DNA of 64,000 nt from Eledone cirrhosa. Its lineage: Eukaryota. Positions 37,575 to 50,564 of this stretch are shown here, in pieces (position 1 is the stretch's first letter; the number at the start of each line of letters is the position of its first letter). The DNA lies in the NCBI GenBank assembly GCA_964016885.1, contig OZ024741.1, positions 69,006,001-69,070,000 on the forward strand, in the 5' to 3' direction. Under the pieces are notes generated by a model that saw nothing but the letters and a program-made list of their open reading frames with translations, was not told the DNA's origin and did no database searches. The position numbers and the translations under genes were made by a program.

Positions 37575-38035
37575 GAAGTATAGAGGCTGTGAATGAAATT
37601 ATAGGGACTACAAATGAAAGCATATGAGTTAAGAATGAAATTATAGGGGCTTGGTTGGAAACTATAGGGACTGGGAATAAAACTATAGGGGCTTAGACTG
37701 AAAGAATTAAGGCTTGGACTGAAACTATTGGGGTTTATACAGCATCTATAGGGACACAGAATGAAACAATAGGGATGAGAATGAAATTATAATGGCCTTA
37801 GACAAATTGTAATGGCTGGGGATTAAACTATAGGGACATACAAACTAACTATAAGAGCTTACTGAATACATAGAGCTTTAGAATGAAACTATAGGGGCTG
37901 AGAATGAAACAATAGGACCTAAGATGGAAAGTATTTGCATGAAAATGAAACCATTGAGTATGAAAAATAGGGTCTTAGATTGAAATATAGTTTCTAAAAA
38001 TGAAAAATAGGGACTGACAGCGAAACTCTAGGTAC
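37575..38035. repeat. Degenerate ~20-bp minisatellite (GAATGAAACTATAGGGACT-like)
   Basis: Recurrent GAAA(C/T)TATAGGG spaced about 20-21 bp apart. Confidence 0.8.
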
Positions 38036-38104
38036 CAGTAAACAAATTATGGAACCCCAAACATTTTTTCACAGGAAACCAAATTTCCCTCAAAATCACA
38101 AGCA

Positions 38105-38720
38105 GCGGTGGTGGTGGTGGTGCTGGTGCTAGTGGTGGTGCTGGTGGTGCTGGTGGTGCTGGTGGTGGTGTTGGTGATAGTGGTGGTGGTGCTGATAATG
38201 TTAGTGCTGTTGGTGGTAGTGGTGGTGGTAGTGGTGCTGGTGGTGCTGGTGGTGGTGGTGGTGCTGGTGGTGGTGATGGTGGTGATGGTGGTGGTGGTGA
38301 TGATGCAGGTAGTGGTGGTGGTGGTGGTGGTAGTGGTGTTGGTGATGATACATGTGGTGGTGGTGATGGTAACGGTGGTGGTGGTGTTGGTGGTGATGGT
38401 GGTGATGATGGTTGTGGTGGTGGTGATGATGATGCAGGTGGTGGTGGTGGTAGTGGTGGTGGTGGTGGTGGTGGTGGTAGTGGTGGTGGTGATGATGCAG
38501 GTGGTGGTAGTGGTGGTTGTGATGGTGGTTGTGGTGGTGGTGGTGATGATGCAGGTAGTGGTGGTGGTAGTAGTGGTGGTGGTGTTGGTGTTGGTGGTGG
38601 TGGTGGTGATGATGCAGGTGGTGGTAGTGGTGGTTGTGGTGGTGGTGGTTGTGGTGGTGGTGGTGATGATGCAGGTAGTGGTGGTGGTAGTAGTGGTGGT
38701 GGTGTTGGTGTTGGTGGTGG
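38105..38720. repeat. (GGT)n-rich low-complexity repeat with GATGATGCAGGT higher-order units
   Basis: Seen directly in the sequence. It generates the spurious poly-Pro and poly-Val ORFs. Confidence 0.9.
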
Positions 38721-38899
38721 CCGCGGTGACGTCAGTAGTTCACAAAATCTAACGTTAAACAATTGTTGTTTTGTTGTTCCTTTATATACTTTCGTTTTTA
38801 TTTCATTTCTCTCTTCTTCGTTTGTCTGTCTGTGAGAGTGTAACAACTGTGGCGGGGTCCCGTGACTGTGGCGAGTAGACACACTTAGGATAGCGATAC

Positions 38900-39835
38900 A
38901 TACCACACACTCACACACACTCTCACTCTCTCTCACTCACACACACATACACACACTCACACACACACTCTTTCTCTCTCTCTCTCTCTCACACACACAC
39001 ACCCACACTCTCTCTCACGCACACTCTTTCTCTCACACACACTCTGTCTCTCACTCTCTCTCACACACACCCACACACTCTCTCTCTCACACACACTCTC
39101 TCTCTCACTCTCTCTCTCTCACTCACACACACACACACTCTCTCTCTCTCACTCACACACACACACATACACACACCCACACACACACTCTCTCTCACAC
39201 ATACTCTCTCTCTCTCTCACACATACACATACACACACTCACACTCACACACACACATACACAAGCACGCTCATTCACACACATACACACATATTCACAC
39301 ACACACACTCTACTCCTATATTCACAAACACTCACACTCACACACACACACAAACACGCTCACTCACACACATACACAGACACTCACACACACACATTCA
39401 CCACACACACACACACACTCACTCACAGACCTTCACACATACACACACTCACTCACACACATTCACTCTCACACTCACACACACAAACACACATTCACAC
39501 ATACATTCACTCACACATACATTCACTCACATATACACATACACAAACACGCTCATTTACACACACACTCACATGCACACACTCACACACACATACACTC
39601 ACTCACTCACACACTCACACTCACAAACACGTTCACTCACACACACACACACACACATATTCACTCTCTCTTTCACTAACACACATAACACGCACCCATT
39701 CACTCACACACAGTCATATATACACACTCACACGCGCACACACACAAACACGCTCACTCACATACACTCACACCGCATACACACTCTCTCACTCACACAC
39801 ACAGATACACACACACTCACACATAAACACCACAT
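38900..39835. repeat. CA/CT low-complexity tract
   Basis: Seen directly in the sequence. Confidence 0.95.
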
Positions 39836-39863
39836 TTGCGTGCGTACAAAGACATGATGATAC

Positions 39864-40165
39864 ACGAGAGTTGGCTGAAAGGTTCATAGGCTGACTATAA
39901 AGGAGTGATGCTAGAGCTGTGAAATCTTGTATGCATTAATTTCAACTCTTCTTATTAATATATTGATAACTACATTGTTTCTTTTCAGGGACTATGTTGA
40001 AAAATAAACCTTATTTGGTCATTCCATGAAAGTATCTTGGTCAGCCTATAAAGGCTTAATGCTAGAGCTGTGAAATCTTGCATGCATTAATTTCAACTCT
40101 TCTTATTAAAAACAACATTGTTTTTTCCAGAGATTATGTTGGAAAATAAACCTCATTTGCTCTTT
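39864..40165 (+). mobile_element. Mariner-type MITE with an internal tandem duplication
   Basis: Starts CGAGAGTTGGCTGAAAGGTTCATAGGCTGAC. GCTAGAGCTGTGAAATCTTG is duplicated. Reverse relative at 63504-63682. Confidence 0.7.
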
Positions 40166-40189
40166 TCATTATCATAGATTTTAACCAGC

Positions 40190-40376
40190 GTATACTTGAA
40201 CATATAAAAGACTTGGCATCACTGTTGAACGTAAACTATAATTTTCTAGATGTTTCTTTAGAAATAGACACAGGTTTATATCGCCTTTACCACAAACCAG
40301 GAGAACTTCTATGCCATGTGCATAATTTGCCTAATCACCCTAAACCAGAAATCGATTCTATTGTAAACAATCTCCA
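40190..40376 (+). pseudogene. Penelope-like RT fragment
   Basis: NFLDVSLEIDTGLYRLYHKPG....VHNLPNHP matches the PLE motif NFLDV....G.Y..Y.KP....VH..SNHP. Confidence 0.7.
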
Positions 40377-40377
40377 G

Positions 40378-40655
40378 CTTGGCAGTATCGGTAAGAGCGC
40401 CAGACATCATACTTTGCAGCATAGAGTTACGTCCCTTTATAAACTGAGATGAAATCCCATCGAAGTTAGCTTTGCTTTTCATCCTTTCGGGGTCGATAAA
40501 ATAAAATACCAGTAACACACTAAGATCCACTTAATCGACTTTCCCCTCCCCCAAAATTGCTGGCCTTGTGTATAAATTTCAAATCCAGCCGAGTTCAAAC
40601 TTTGCCTTTCATCCTCACGGGATTGATAAAATAAAGTACCAGTAATGTACTGGAG
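40378..40655 (+). mobile_element. Tandem SINE copies (17733 family)
   Basis: TTTGC.TTTCATCC..GGG.T.GATAAAATAAA.TACCAG occurs twice. Confidence 0.8.
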
Positions 40656-40948
40656 TAATAAATATATATATATAACTCCAGAATAAAGTAACAAGACTCA
40701 CTATTTAGCCTTAATAAAATGAATATTTAAACTCTACTTCGGTATTGAGTACTCTTACTCTCGGCCGTCAACTACATACGTATATATATATGTGTGTGTG
40801 TGTGTATTAATCTATAGAACCTTATACTGTAATTACTTCTTGTCCTATATAAATATATATATATATATATATACGTACATATATATATGTGTGCATGTAT
40901 GTATATATATATATATATATACATAGTACTGTACGTCTGTATACATAT

Positions 40949-41551
40949 GTCAGGTCACCAGTTGGTGCTACTGGTAACATGTATCCCAGTACAACCTGTC
41001 CCATGGTCGGGTCGTTGGCGACTAAACTGGCAACCCCAGCAAGGTTTCTTGGTGAGGAGGGTGACTTTGGACATCCTGCAGGACTAAAAACAAAACCTGT
41101 CAAAAGAACTCTTAAGAGTCAATGGCCATCCAAAATCACCGGGAGAGATGACCCCTTAGCCTTTGTCAAGGCAGAATTCTAGGAGAAGGAAAACTCTGAT
41201 ATAACACCTGCAACCCTGATGATATCCAATGATGTTGACTTGTTCTTCTTTTTGGTAAATATCATCTTGGTTAAGAGAGTGGGAATGGCTTTGTGCAGTG
41301 CCTTTGCTCACTATAAAAGCTTCACGGCACAGGCATTGCTTTATATCTGGAGATCTCTCTGCACTTGTCGTCACATGGTACCATGGGCCCAGCACTATGT
41401 GTCAATAATTGTCACAAGTGTAGTGTTTGTACCAAAGTTTTCAAGTCGCTGGCCGGACTGAAAAGTCACACTCGTTCAGCGCATCGGTAGGGGTTCTCCT
41501 ACATGATATAAAGTAGTGGCCGTACTCGAAAACGAGTTGGCAGCCACCATG
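40949..41551 (+). mobile_element. Full copy of family A, inserted into a copy of the 56640-type repeat
   Basis: The flanks 40921-40948 and 41552-41625 are contiguous in 56661-56759. Confidence 0.9.
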
Positions 41552-41623
41552 TACGTATACATACTTATATTTAAGTAACAGCCGTACTAAGAGTGGGAAA
41601 TGAAATTTCGTTTCATTTTTTCC

Positions 41624-41671
<48 letters not shown>

Positions 41672-41772
41672 CTGCTGACAGCATCAAAATATTCCTAACA
41701 AGCTCATATGTCCCAAGGCTCTGATACCATCAACACTATACACACAGAGTTGGCATATCTAAGAACTGACTA

Positions 41773-41828
41773 ACTGCCTGATGAGGTCATAGCCATTCAA
41801 TGGCTATCATCGAAATATATATAGCAGT
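41773..41828 (+). ncRNA. Type I hammerhead ribozyme motif
   Basis: ACTGC-CTGATGA-GGTC-ATAGCCA-TTCAA-TGGCTAT-CATC-GAAA-TATATA-TA-GCAGT, with a palindromic stem III and a downstream AATAAA. Confidence 0.7.
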
Positions 41829-41937
41829 AAATAAAGGATTATGAGTTCATGCAGTTGACTTATGTTTCGTCACTATATATATATATATAATGAAATGACA
41901 GGAGCCTGGACTTGTGTAAATCCTTGAAAGGTTTATT

Positions 41938-41995
41938 ATACTATGATCATTTCAATGACCGGGTTCCGTATGAATCCGGTGATATCATCAGGTAT
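41938..41995 (-). ncRNA. Type I hammerhead ribozyme motif
   Basis: ATAC-CTGATGA-TATCACCGGATTCATACGGAACCCGGTCATT-GAAA-TGATCA-TA-GTAT followed by AATAAA. Palindromic stem III ATGATCAT. Confidence 0.7.
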
Positions 41996-42129
41996 TCGAA
42001 ATATAATAAGTGAATGTAATAGATAAAATCCATGGGGCTGAAAATCGAAGACCGGAGGACGACCGCCATCCAACATCTTCCACCTTTGCCGGTCACTTAT
42101 ATGTATGAATTACTGTTGGCTTCTTGCTC

Positions 42130-42250
42130 ACATTCTGAGTTCAAATCCCGCCGAGGTTGACTTTGCCTTTCATCCTTACGGGGTCGATAAAATAAAGTAC
42201 CAGTAATGCACTGAGTAATTGGTGGCCTTGTGCCTAAAGTAGAAACAATT
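42130..42250 (+). mobile_element. SINE (17733 family), 5'-truncated
   Basis: GAGTTCAAATCCCGCCGAGG...GGCCTTGTGCC. Confidence 0.8.
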
Positions 42251-42265
42251 AATTTCTCTACTTTC

Positions 42266-42335
<70 letters not shown>

Positions 42336-43176
42336 TACATCACAAAGCAAACAGAGTTATTTCCCTTACACAGGAGCTCCCAAATCGTTTCCTATATCTG
42401 TGTTGATGTGTGTGTGTGTGTGTGTGCGTGCGGGCGAAGGCGATTGGGTTTGTGGTTAGAGCGTTGGGCTTGCAATCATGAGTTCGATTCTCAGACTGGG
42501 TGATGCATTGTGCCCTTGAGCAAGACACTTTATTTCACGTTTCTAGGGCATTTTTGTTTTAAATCTAGCGGAGCCCATCACCTCTCCAGGTCTGAATACA
42601 GTAGATTTCTTTCAGAGAAGGATAGAGACAGTGAAAAAATGGAAGTGAGAAAGAGATATAGAGGAAGAATCAACCCCAGTACTACTAGATTGGTACTTTT
42701 TTGTATCGACCTCGAATGGATGAAAGGCAAAGTTGACTTCGGTGGGTTTTGAACTCACAGAGCAGAGATCCGAAGCGAATACCGCAAAAATTCTATCCGA
42801 CGTTCTAACGATTCTGTCTTATATATAAATATACAAACACAACATAACGTACGTATTGTTACGGTTGATGCAAACTGTTTGGAGAGAGGGAAATGCAGGG
42901 GAGATAACTTTGAATGAACACTTGAATGTAAGCTATATCAGTGTTATTGGTAGTTGCTAAAATTAATAGGCAGTAGTCCGATAGTCGGTTGTCGGGTGCA
43001 AAATAAATATTAGGAACGAAGTGTTATTGTGGAGACTTCAACTCGACTACATTTACTTTTACTAAGCAACGTAGGAGCCTCTTCGTTGTTGTTCAAACTG
43101 CTTGAAAAAACAACCAAATCTCTACCATCCAAAAGTAGAATGTAGTCATGACATTACTGTCGTGACATATATATAT

Positions 43177-43258
<82 letters not shown>

Positions 43259-43266
<8 letters not shown>

Positions 43267-43432
43267 ATAATATTGCCAGAAATAATAATAAAACACACTC
43301 ACTGTTTGGTTTTCGCCAGATAAATTAGTTATGGAGATATAAAAGATAAAGAAGCGAAAACCAATCCAAACCAAACAGTTAGAGTGTTTTAATATTATTT
43401 CTGGTAATATTATAACAATATGACCCTCCCCA
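43259..43432. repeat. (TA)n-flanked fold-back element, same family as 59341-59666
   Basis: Arms ATATTGTTATAATATTGCCAGAAAT..CTGTTTGGTTT and AAACCAAACAG..ATTTCTGGTAATATTATAACAATAT, then TGACCCTCCCC and (TA)n. Confidence 0.85.
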
Positions 43433-43433
43433 A

Positions 43434-43473
<40 letters not shown>

Positions 43474-43789
43474 AATGAGAGAGACGGTTTTATTCGTTCA
43501 TGTAAGGTAGCCATATAATAACCACCTTACACGTTCTCTTCAGACAAACGAGATGTAATTTTCCATTGATATGCTACCTGTATGATGTGTTATTAACCTC
43601 GCCGGCCAGTACTAATGTGGCTAGATTTCTCTTGTAGCAGTTCTATTATGGGTGGGAGATAGTATTGTTGCTGGTATTGGTGATTGTAAGCTGGCTGGGG
43701 TATCAGGTTACCAGAGTTGTCGTTTGATTCTTATGATGGCCTGGAAGAACTGTTAATTTTTTTTTTTTATATTTCCGGACTAGATTTTA

Positions 43790-44360
43790 CTTACTTAGAT
43801 TTCAATTTTAGATATTGATACTTTGAAGGTGAGGTTACAATGTACCTATATATTTATGAATGATTTATTAATTAGCTGATGGTCTATTTTATATTACTTA
43901 CGGAAGTTTTACTATATACTCTGCGGAATATCTTATATATGTTATGTAAGCATTTATTTAAGGAAAAGATTATATTTATTATATATATTTATTTAAGGAA
44001 AAGCATATGAAAGTTTAGACCAAGAAAGGGAGTATTGTGCTTCGTTATTTTTTAGCGTCCAAATCAGTTCCGACAGGGCTGTGTTAGACCTTTTATCAAC
44101 TCTTTTAAAGGAGTGGCGTTGGTTGTACCATCTTTCCTTAATCTTGTAGAAGTTATACTAATATATCTATAGGCCCCATTACTCGTTGCTACTCTACATG
44201 CATAAACAATATTTCTATCTAAACAATTATTTTGCATAGGACACCTGTTATGGTCTCTACAATTGCAATTATTCTCGTTACTGTTCATTGTTCCTTCCCT
44301 GTGTCTGTGTGTCCGTTGGTTTGTCTCATCTGTCTTTATGGTATTGTGTCTATTAATCAT
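43790..44360 (-). pseudogene. Penelope-like element GIY-YIG endonuclease fragment
   Basis: CNCRDHNRCPMQNNCLDRNIVYACRV....YRYISITS matches the PLE motif CNCR..CP....CL...VVY...V....YIG.T. Confidence 0.75.
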
Positions 44361-44670
44361 GTTTCTATTTAATCTTCGGTTCTAGTCTTTGTCAGGTGAC
44401 TAATCCATGTTTAAGTTAGTTTAATAACCTCGGGTTAATTTATAACGCTCTTCATTCACACATTCTGTTACCTCGCCAATAAAATGGAATCTATGCGAGT
44501 GGGGTACACAGACAAGCGAGAATGTTCATTAGCTATGTCACAGAATGTGCGCCGAAAGACCCTTGACTATTAAATAACCATCCGATTACTAACCTAACCA
44601 ATCATGACCCTCCGAAAGAACAAACGATTTCACATCAAGAATCTTGCAAAACAAATACAAAAATGTAGTG

Positions 44671-44710
<40 letters not shown>

Positions 44711-44750
44711 AGAGTATTGAAGTTTGCTTGAAGCATTGTGGAATAATAAG

Positions 44751-45347
44751 GTAAATTTCTTTAAGTCGTTTGGAAGCCTCGACAATGCAGATGGGTAAAT
44801 CTCCGGGTAACAAGATCCGGTGGTGGAGAGAGAGATGTAAGTGGGTGTACGTTGAGATGCGTGGCGTGTATAAGACTGTAACGTGTAGAGGAATTAAGGA
44901 AAGAGCGTAAAGGATAAAAATATAAATAACAACACGAGAAAGAGTTACCTTGGGAGAGATTTAATTGTCCCTATATATTTCGGATTCACATCCATCAATT
45001 GGGTTTTTTTTTCAAAACAACGAACAGCGGAGGACACGTTTCGCACCTTTCCGACAGACAACCTCCCCCCCCCCCCCCCCCCCCCCGGAAAAAACCCAGT
45101 TGATGGATGTGAATCCGAAATATATAGAGACAATTAAATCTCTCCCAAGGTAACTCTTTCTCGTGTTGTTATTTTTATTTTTATCCTTTACGCTCTTTCC
45201 TTCATTCCTCTACACGTTACAGTCTTATATACGCCACGCATCTCAACGTACACCCACTTACATCTCTCTCTCCACCACCGGATCTTGTTACCCGGAGATT
45301 TACCCATCTGCATTGTCGAGGCTTCCAAACGACTTAAAGAAATTTAC
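44751..45347. repeat. Large palindrome (~260-bp arms) with a poly-C spacer, ending in TA/CATA
   Basis: 44751-45009 is the reverse complement of 45088-45347 with few mismatches. Confidence 0.95.
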
Positions 45348-45435
45348 TATATATACATACATACATACATACATACATACATACATACATACATACATAC
45401 ATACATACATACATACATACATACATACATACATA

Positions 45436-45921
45436 CATGATGGCTGCAACTCGATTTCGAGTAATGCCATTGCTTGATACTTAAGCATGATCATCATGGA
45501 CGTGGCTTTTTAGTCCTGCTAGGGACTTGCCTATGGTCAGCAATACCATGCATCGCAAAAATGTCACATATCAAGCGATGCCTGTGCTTGAAGCTTTTTA
45601 AAGTGAAGAAAAGCTTTGCATGGGGCCAATCCCACTCTCTGAACATCGAATACATTTAACCGAAAAGTAGAACTGGTCTACGTCATTAGATGTAAACAAA
45701 GTAACAAGTTTTATATCAGAGTGATCTTCTCCTAGAGAGATGTGTTAATGATGACTAAGAGTCTCTCGCTCCACACAAAAAAACTTTATTGGATGGTCGT
45801 TGACTCTCCTGAGATCCTCCGCCTTTTGACGGGTTTTGTTTTTCATCTTGCTGGGTGTCCCAAATCACCTTTGGTGGGGTAGCCGGTTTAGTCGCCGACG
45901 ACCCGACCATGAACGGGTTGT
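45436..45921 (-). mobile_element. Diverged relative of family A
   Basis: Shares ATGGTCGGGTCG.CGGCGACTAAAC.GG, CTAGGAGAAG and the 3' ACTCGAAA.CGAGTTGCAGCCA motif, with CATA flanks. Confidence 0.7.
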
Positions 45922-46010
45922 GCATACATACATACATAAATACATACATACATAGATACATACAGAGATACATAGACACATACATACATACGTACATACA
46001 TACATACATA

Positions 46011-46425
46011 CATGGTGGCTGCCAACTCGTTTTCGAGTACGGCCACTACTTTATATCCATGTAGGAGAACCCCTACCGATGCGCTGAACGAGTGTCACTT
46101 TTTAGCCCAGCCAGCGACTTGAAAACTCTGGTACAAACACTACACTTGTGACAATTATTGACACATAGTGCTGGGCCCATGGTACCATGTGATGACAAGG
46201 GCAGAGAGATCTCCAGTTATAAAGCAATGCCTGTGCCGTGAAGCTTTTATAGTGAGCAAAGGCACTGCACAAAGCCAGTCCCACTCTCTTAACCAAGATG
46301 ATATTTACCAAAAAGAAGAACAAGTCAACATCATTGGATACCATCAGGGTTGCAGGTGTTATATCAGAGTTTTCCTTCTCCTAGAATTCTGCCTTGACAA
46401 AGGCTAAGGAGTCATCTCTCCCGGA
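46011..46425 (-). mobile_element. 5'-truncated family A copy between (CATA)n tracts
   Basis: Near-identical to 32630-33045. Confidence 0.9.
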
Positions 46426-46524
46426 TACATACATACATACATACATACATACATACATACATACATAAATAAATACATACATACATACATACATACATAC
46501 ATAGATACATACATACATACATAC

Positions 46525-46812
46525 ACAATCCATTAATGGAACAGTAAAAATATGTAAAACATTCCAAAAATGTTGCATCTAATAACTGCATATACACATG
46601 TACAGATACAAAGCATATACACATGCACACATACAACTCAAAACATACACATCCACACATACAATAACATCCATATCTACACATGATGCATGAATACATA
46701 CATATCTACATAGTTGATGTGTAAATTCCAATGAGAGAGTCTTGTGTCTATGTTAGAAACCGACTTTCTCTCTATAGGTAAAACTTTGTGAAATTATAAA
46801 CCCAGAAGAACA
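46525..46812 (+). mobile_element. 3' stub of the 24440-27480 R4-clade family between (CATA)n tracts
   Basis: Matches 27181-27475. Confidence 0.88.
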
Positions 46813-46848
46813 TACATACATACATACATACATACATACATACATACA

Positions 46849-46879
<31 letters not shown>

Positions 46880-48024
46880 GTGTGACCTAGTAGCGGTAGC
46901 TGATCATGCCAAATGTAAAAGGTTTTTGTTTATTTGTTTTGCTTATATAAAACTATTAGTTTTTATTGATTTTTTTTTTTACTTACACATCGATTAACAA
47001 TATATAAAACTTTTTAATGTGAGGTATGACAAGATGCGCATGTGCATGCGCGTGCGTGAGTGCGTGCATGTTTCTTTATATATGTGAATATTTTACTGAG
47101 CAAGCTGTGCCTTATCCCCTTCCCATTATTATGGCCAGATAAGTTCAAATCCCGCCAAGGTTAGCTTTGCCTTTCATCCTTAGGGGGTCGATAAAATAAC
47201 GTACCAGTAACGCACTGGGGTCGATTTAATCGAATTTGCTCTCCCTAAAATTGTTGGCCTTGTACCTAAATCCCAGATAAATCTTGACACCGTAGCTGGG
47301 GTCTAAGGGAGATAATTCTTACTTCTACTTTCAGGTATTTTTTAAAATTATATGAAAATTATTGTATTTGCTCTAAAATATGAATTTTTTAAAGGATTTA
47401 TTGAAATGAAGGAAATATTTCTCAAGAAATAAAACTGAAATATAAATGATAGCAGTTAATCGTTTTCTGTACATAGTTATTACGAGTGGTGTAGCAGCCA
47501 TGTTTCTGAAAGGCGTAAATCTAGAGGTATGCATGATTTTCGTGGAATGGTCCTCCGTCAGATTCGATACGTGTTCCAGTTGTTCAATAAACAGAACAGC
47601 CTACAATTAACGTGTAAGTGACTGAGCATTCTACAGACACAACTACTTTACGTATTTTTCTGGAAGATTCAGCATGGCACAGTGTGTGTGACAGGTTCAG
47701 TTCATTCGACGGGATTCCAGTTTCCGTCTACCCAATTTAACTCACAAACCATGTGTCGACCCGATACTGTGTTAAATGAAATTGCCCAAGATGTCACGCA
47801 ATGGGATCGAACCCGGGATCAAATAATTGCGAAACGAACTTTTTAACTATTCGGCCATATTGTGTTGACGTGATCTTCATAGTTAACTGAATATACCTCA
47901 AATTCCAGAGCTGCACAATCAACTTAGCCTCAAGCCCTCCGGCGCTATGGGCTATTGCTGATTTCTATGGCTTTGTCAAACAGAGGGATGGATCCGACTA
48001 TCATTCCAGTTTATGGTGAACATT

Positions 48025-48230
48025 TACCCACTGCCATTCTATAGCACGAAAGGGCGTGTAGCCTTCCTCTGTCTGGCTAATGACAGGTGGGGGCTACCCA
48101 CTGCCTTTCTATAGCACGAAAGGGCGTAGCCTTCCTCTGTCTGGCTAATGACAGGTGGGGGCTACCCACTGCCTTTCTATAGCACGAAAGGGCGTGTAGC
48201 CTTCCTCTGTCTGGCTAATGACAGGTGGGG
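48025..48230. repeat. 3x ~68-bp tandem repeat with two internal hairpins
   Basis: Unit TACCCACTGCCTTTCTATAGCACGAAAGGGCGTGTAGCCTTCCTCTGTCTGGCTAATGACAGGTGGGGGC. Confidence 0.9.
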
Positions 48231-48779
48231 CACAAGAGGATTTAAAGTAAGTATTTGAATCCGAAGCTGTGTTACAATAGACTAGAAATCACCTGACCTT
48301 ATGGTGTGGTCTGACTTCGTCACACCTGGTTGTTGAGATGTATGTATCAAGGGAAGTAGATATGGAGTAGACAGATAAAAATAAGGGTCACAATTATGAA
48401 GAATTTAGGGAGTCATTGGATGTATTATGATGGCAGTGTACAGTACTTTCAATAGATATGGTATGTTTCTGAGTTTTAACAGGAGCTACAATATAATCAC
48501 CTGGCTTGCAATGGATGTAGGAAAAATAGATTGAACCTCCATCGGTTTCGACGATGAGTGTCCCAGTTCTTCGATCAACGGAAGAGCCTAATCATGAAAT
48601 TAACGTGTAAGTGGTAGAACATTCCACAGACACGTGTACTCTTAACATAATTTTCAGGGAGATTCAGCATGACATATTGTGTGACACGACTGGCCCTTTG
48701 AATTACAGGTACAGTCCATGCAATAGTTCCAAACAGTTTCCGTCAACCCAGTTTCACTGACTAGGTATGCGAGAGCTAC

Positions 48780-49005
48780 TTCAGATCACGAGGCTCACAC
48801 CTACGAGTAGCCAACTCTGGTGGTGAGTAGGGATTTGGCTCTGGGGCCAACAACACCAGAAGTCTCCATTGTCACGGGCTCGAACGCAAACTTGTCGGAG
48901 AGCGACCGATATTTGGAGAGTTTACTCTCCTCGGCCCGAAGAGCAGCGCAGCCTAGGTTAGTCTCAGTCTCCACCAATCTGCTGGAGAATGTGTCGCTGC
49001 ATATG
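48780..49005 (-). pseudogene. CRE/NeSL-like restriction-like endonuclease fragment inserted in a SINE
   Basis: AALRAEESKLSKYRSLSDKFAFEPVTMETSGVVGPRA fits the RLE C-terminal pattern AA..AE..K..KY..L....F.P...ET.G..G. The flanks resemble 47570-47850. Confidence 0.6.
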
Positions 49006-49374
49006 GCATCTCGACCCGAGACTATGGTAAATGACACTTGCCCAAGATATTACGCAGTGGGATCGAACTCGAGACCTATTGATTGCGAAACCGCCTTCTT
49101 AACTATTCGGTTGTGCTTCGTCCAGTAGAAAAGAAAGTATAGCAATGATTCACAAACTGGATGAAGGAAGAGAAAATATTACACAAGTAGACCAACAGAG
49201 ACATGTGAGAGAACGACCAAAACTGATAGCAAAGCACAAATCCATGTTTGCTGCCTAGCTTTTGTGGTTACAGGGATGGTGAAAGGAATAGATCTGCTTT
49301 TTCTCGGAGAATTTGTTTTTATTTCTGCCCCTACTCTCTCCTCTATCATTTCATTTCTTTTTTAATTTATCATT

Positions 49375-49412
49375 CTATTTTCTGGTGAAGGAGCAGCGTC
49401 CGAAACGTTAAG
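49375..49412 (+). ncRNA. Variant hammerhead motif (CTGGTGA core)
   Basis: CTGGTGA-AGGA-GCAGCG-TCC-GAAA-CG-TT-AAG. Same family as 57980 and 62831. Confidence 0.45.
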
Positions 49413-49489
49413 GCTTTTCCTGCTATATTAAACGTGAAACTAATATTGAACTTCATCGTCTGTTGTGTTTTTTCTGTTTAATTATCGCG

Positions 49490-49790
<301 letters not shown>

Positions 49791-50304
49791 ATATATATAT
49801 ATGTGTGTGTGTGTGTTCAGGGTTAGCGCGTGTGTTTGTAGCACCCCAATGTGAACCTTTGTCTGCAGCTTATGTATCTCGTTCTCCAAAATAAAATATA
49901 GTTTTGGCAAGCTGAAAAACCTCTTTTTACCTCTTGTTATGACATACACCTTTAGGAAAATGGTTAAGCCTGCATTTTCTGCAGCACAGTCCACATTCAT
50001 TCACGCTAAATTATCTGACAAGTAATAACACTATGTGACCCTTTCTTTCACTTTGAAGATTTTCACAGCGTTGCTACAGAGCAAAGATTTTTATTGATTT
50101 ATCGATTGATTGCAGGAAATTAATATATATTTTATTTAATAATACAAGTTTATATAAAAGTATGGCCGTTTATGGTTCAGCAATAGGTGGCTATGAAGTC
50201 TGTGACTTAGGCGGCTGCCTAGTTGTCTGATGATAGCGCCGGTCCTAAATTATATGCGTATGTGTACGTGTGGTGTGTGTGCGCGACTGTGTGTTTATAT
50301 ATAT

Positions 50305-50450
<146 letters not shown>

Positions 50451-50459
50451 TTATATATT

Positions 50460-50564
<105 letters not shown>

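Noticed and set aside
38028-38936. 302-aa proline-rich ORF resembling formin or extensin
   Set aside because: It derives from a GGT/ACC low-complexity repeat that is open in several frames, with no flanking domain or splice support.
40949-41040. Possible HDV-like ribozyme at the 5' end of family A (CTAA-ACTGG pairing with CCAGT)
   Set aside because: I could not assign P1, P1.1 and L3 in the required nested double-pseudoknot order by eye.
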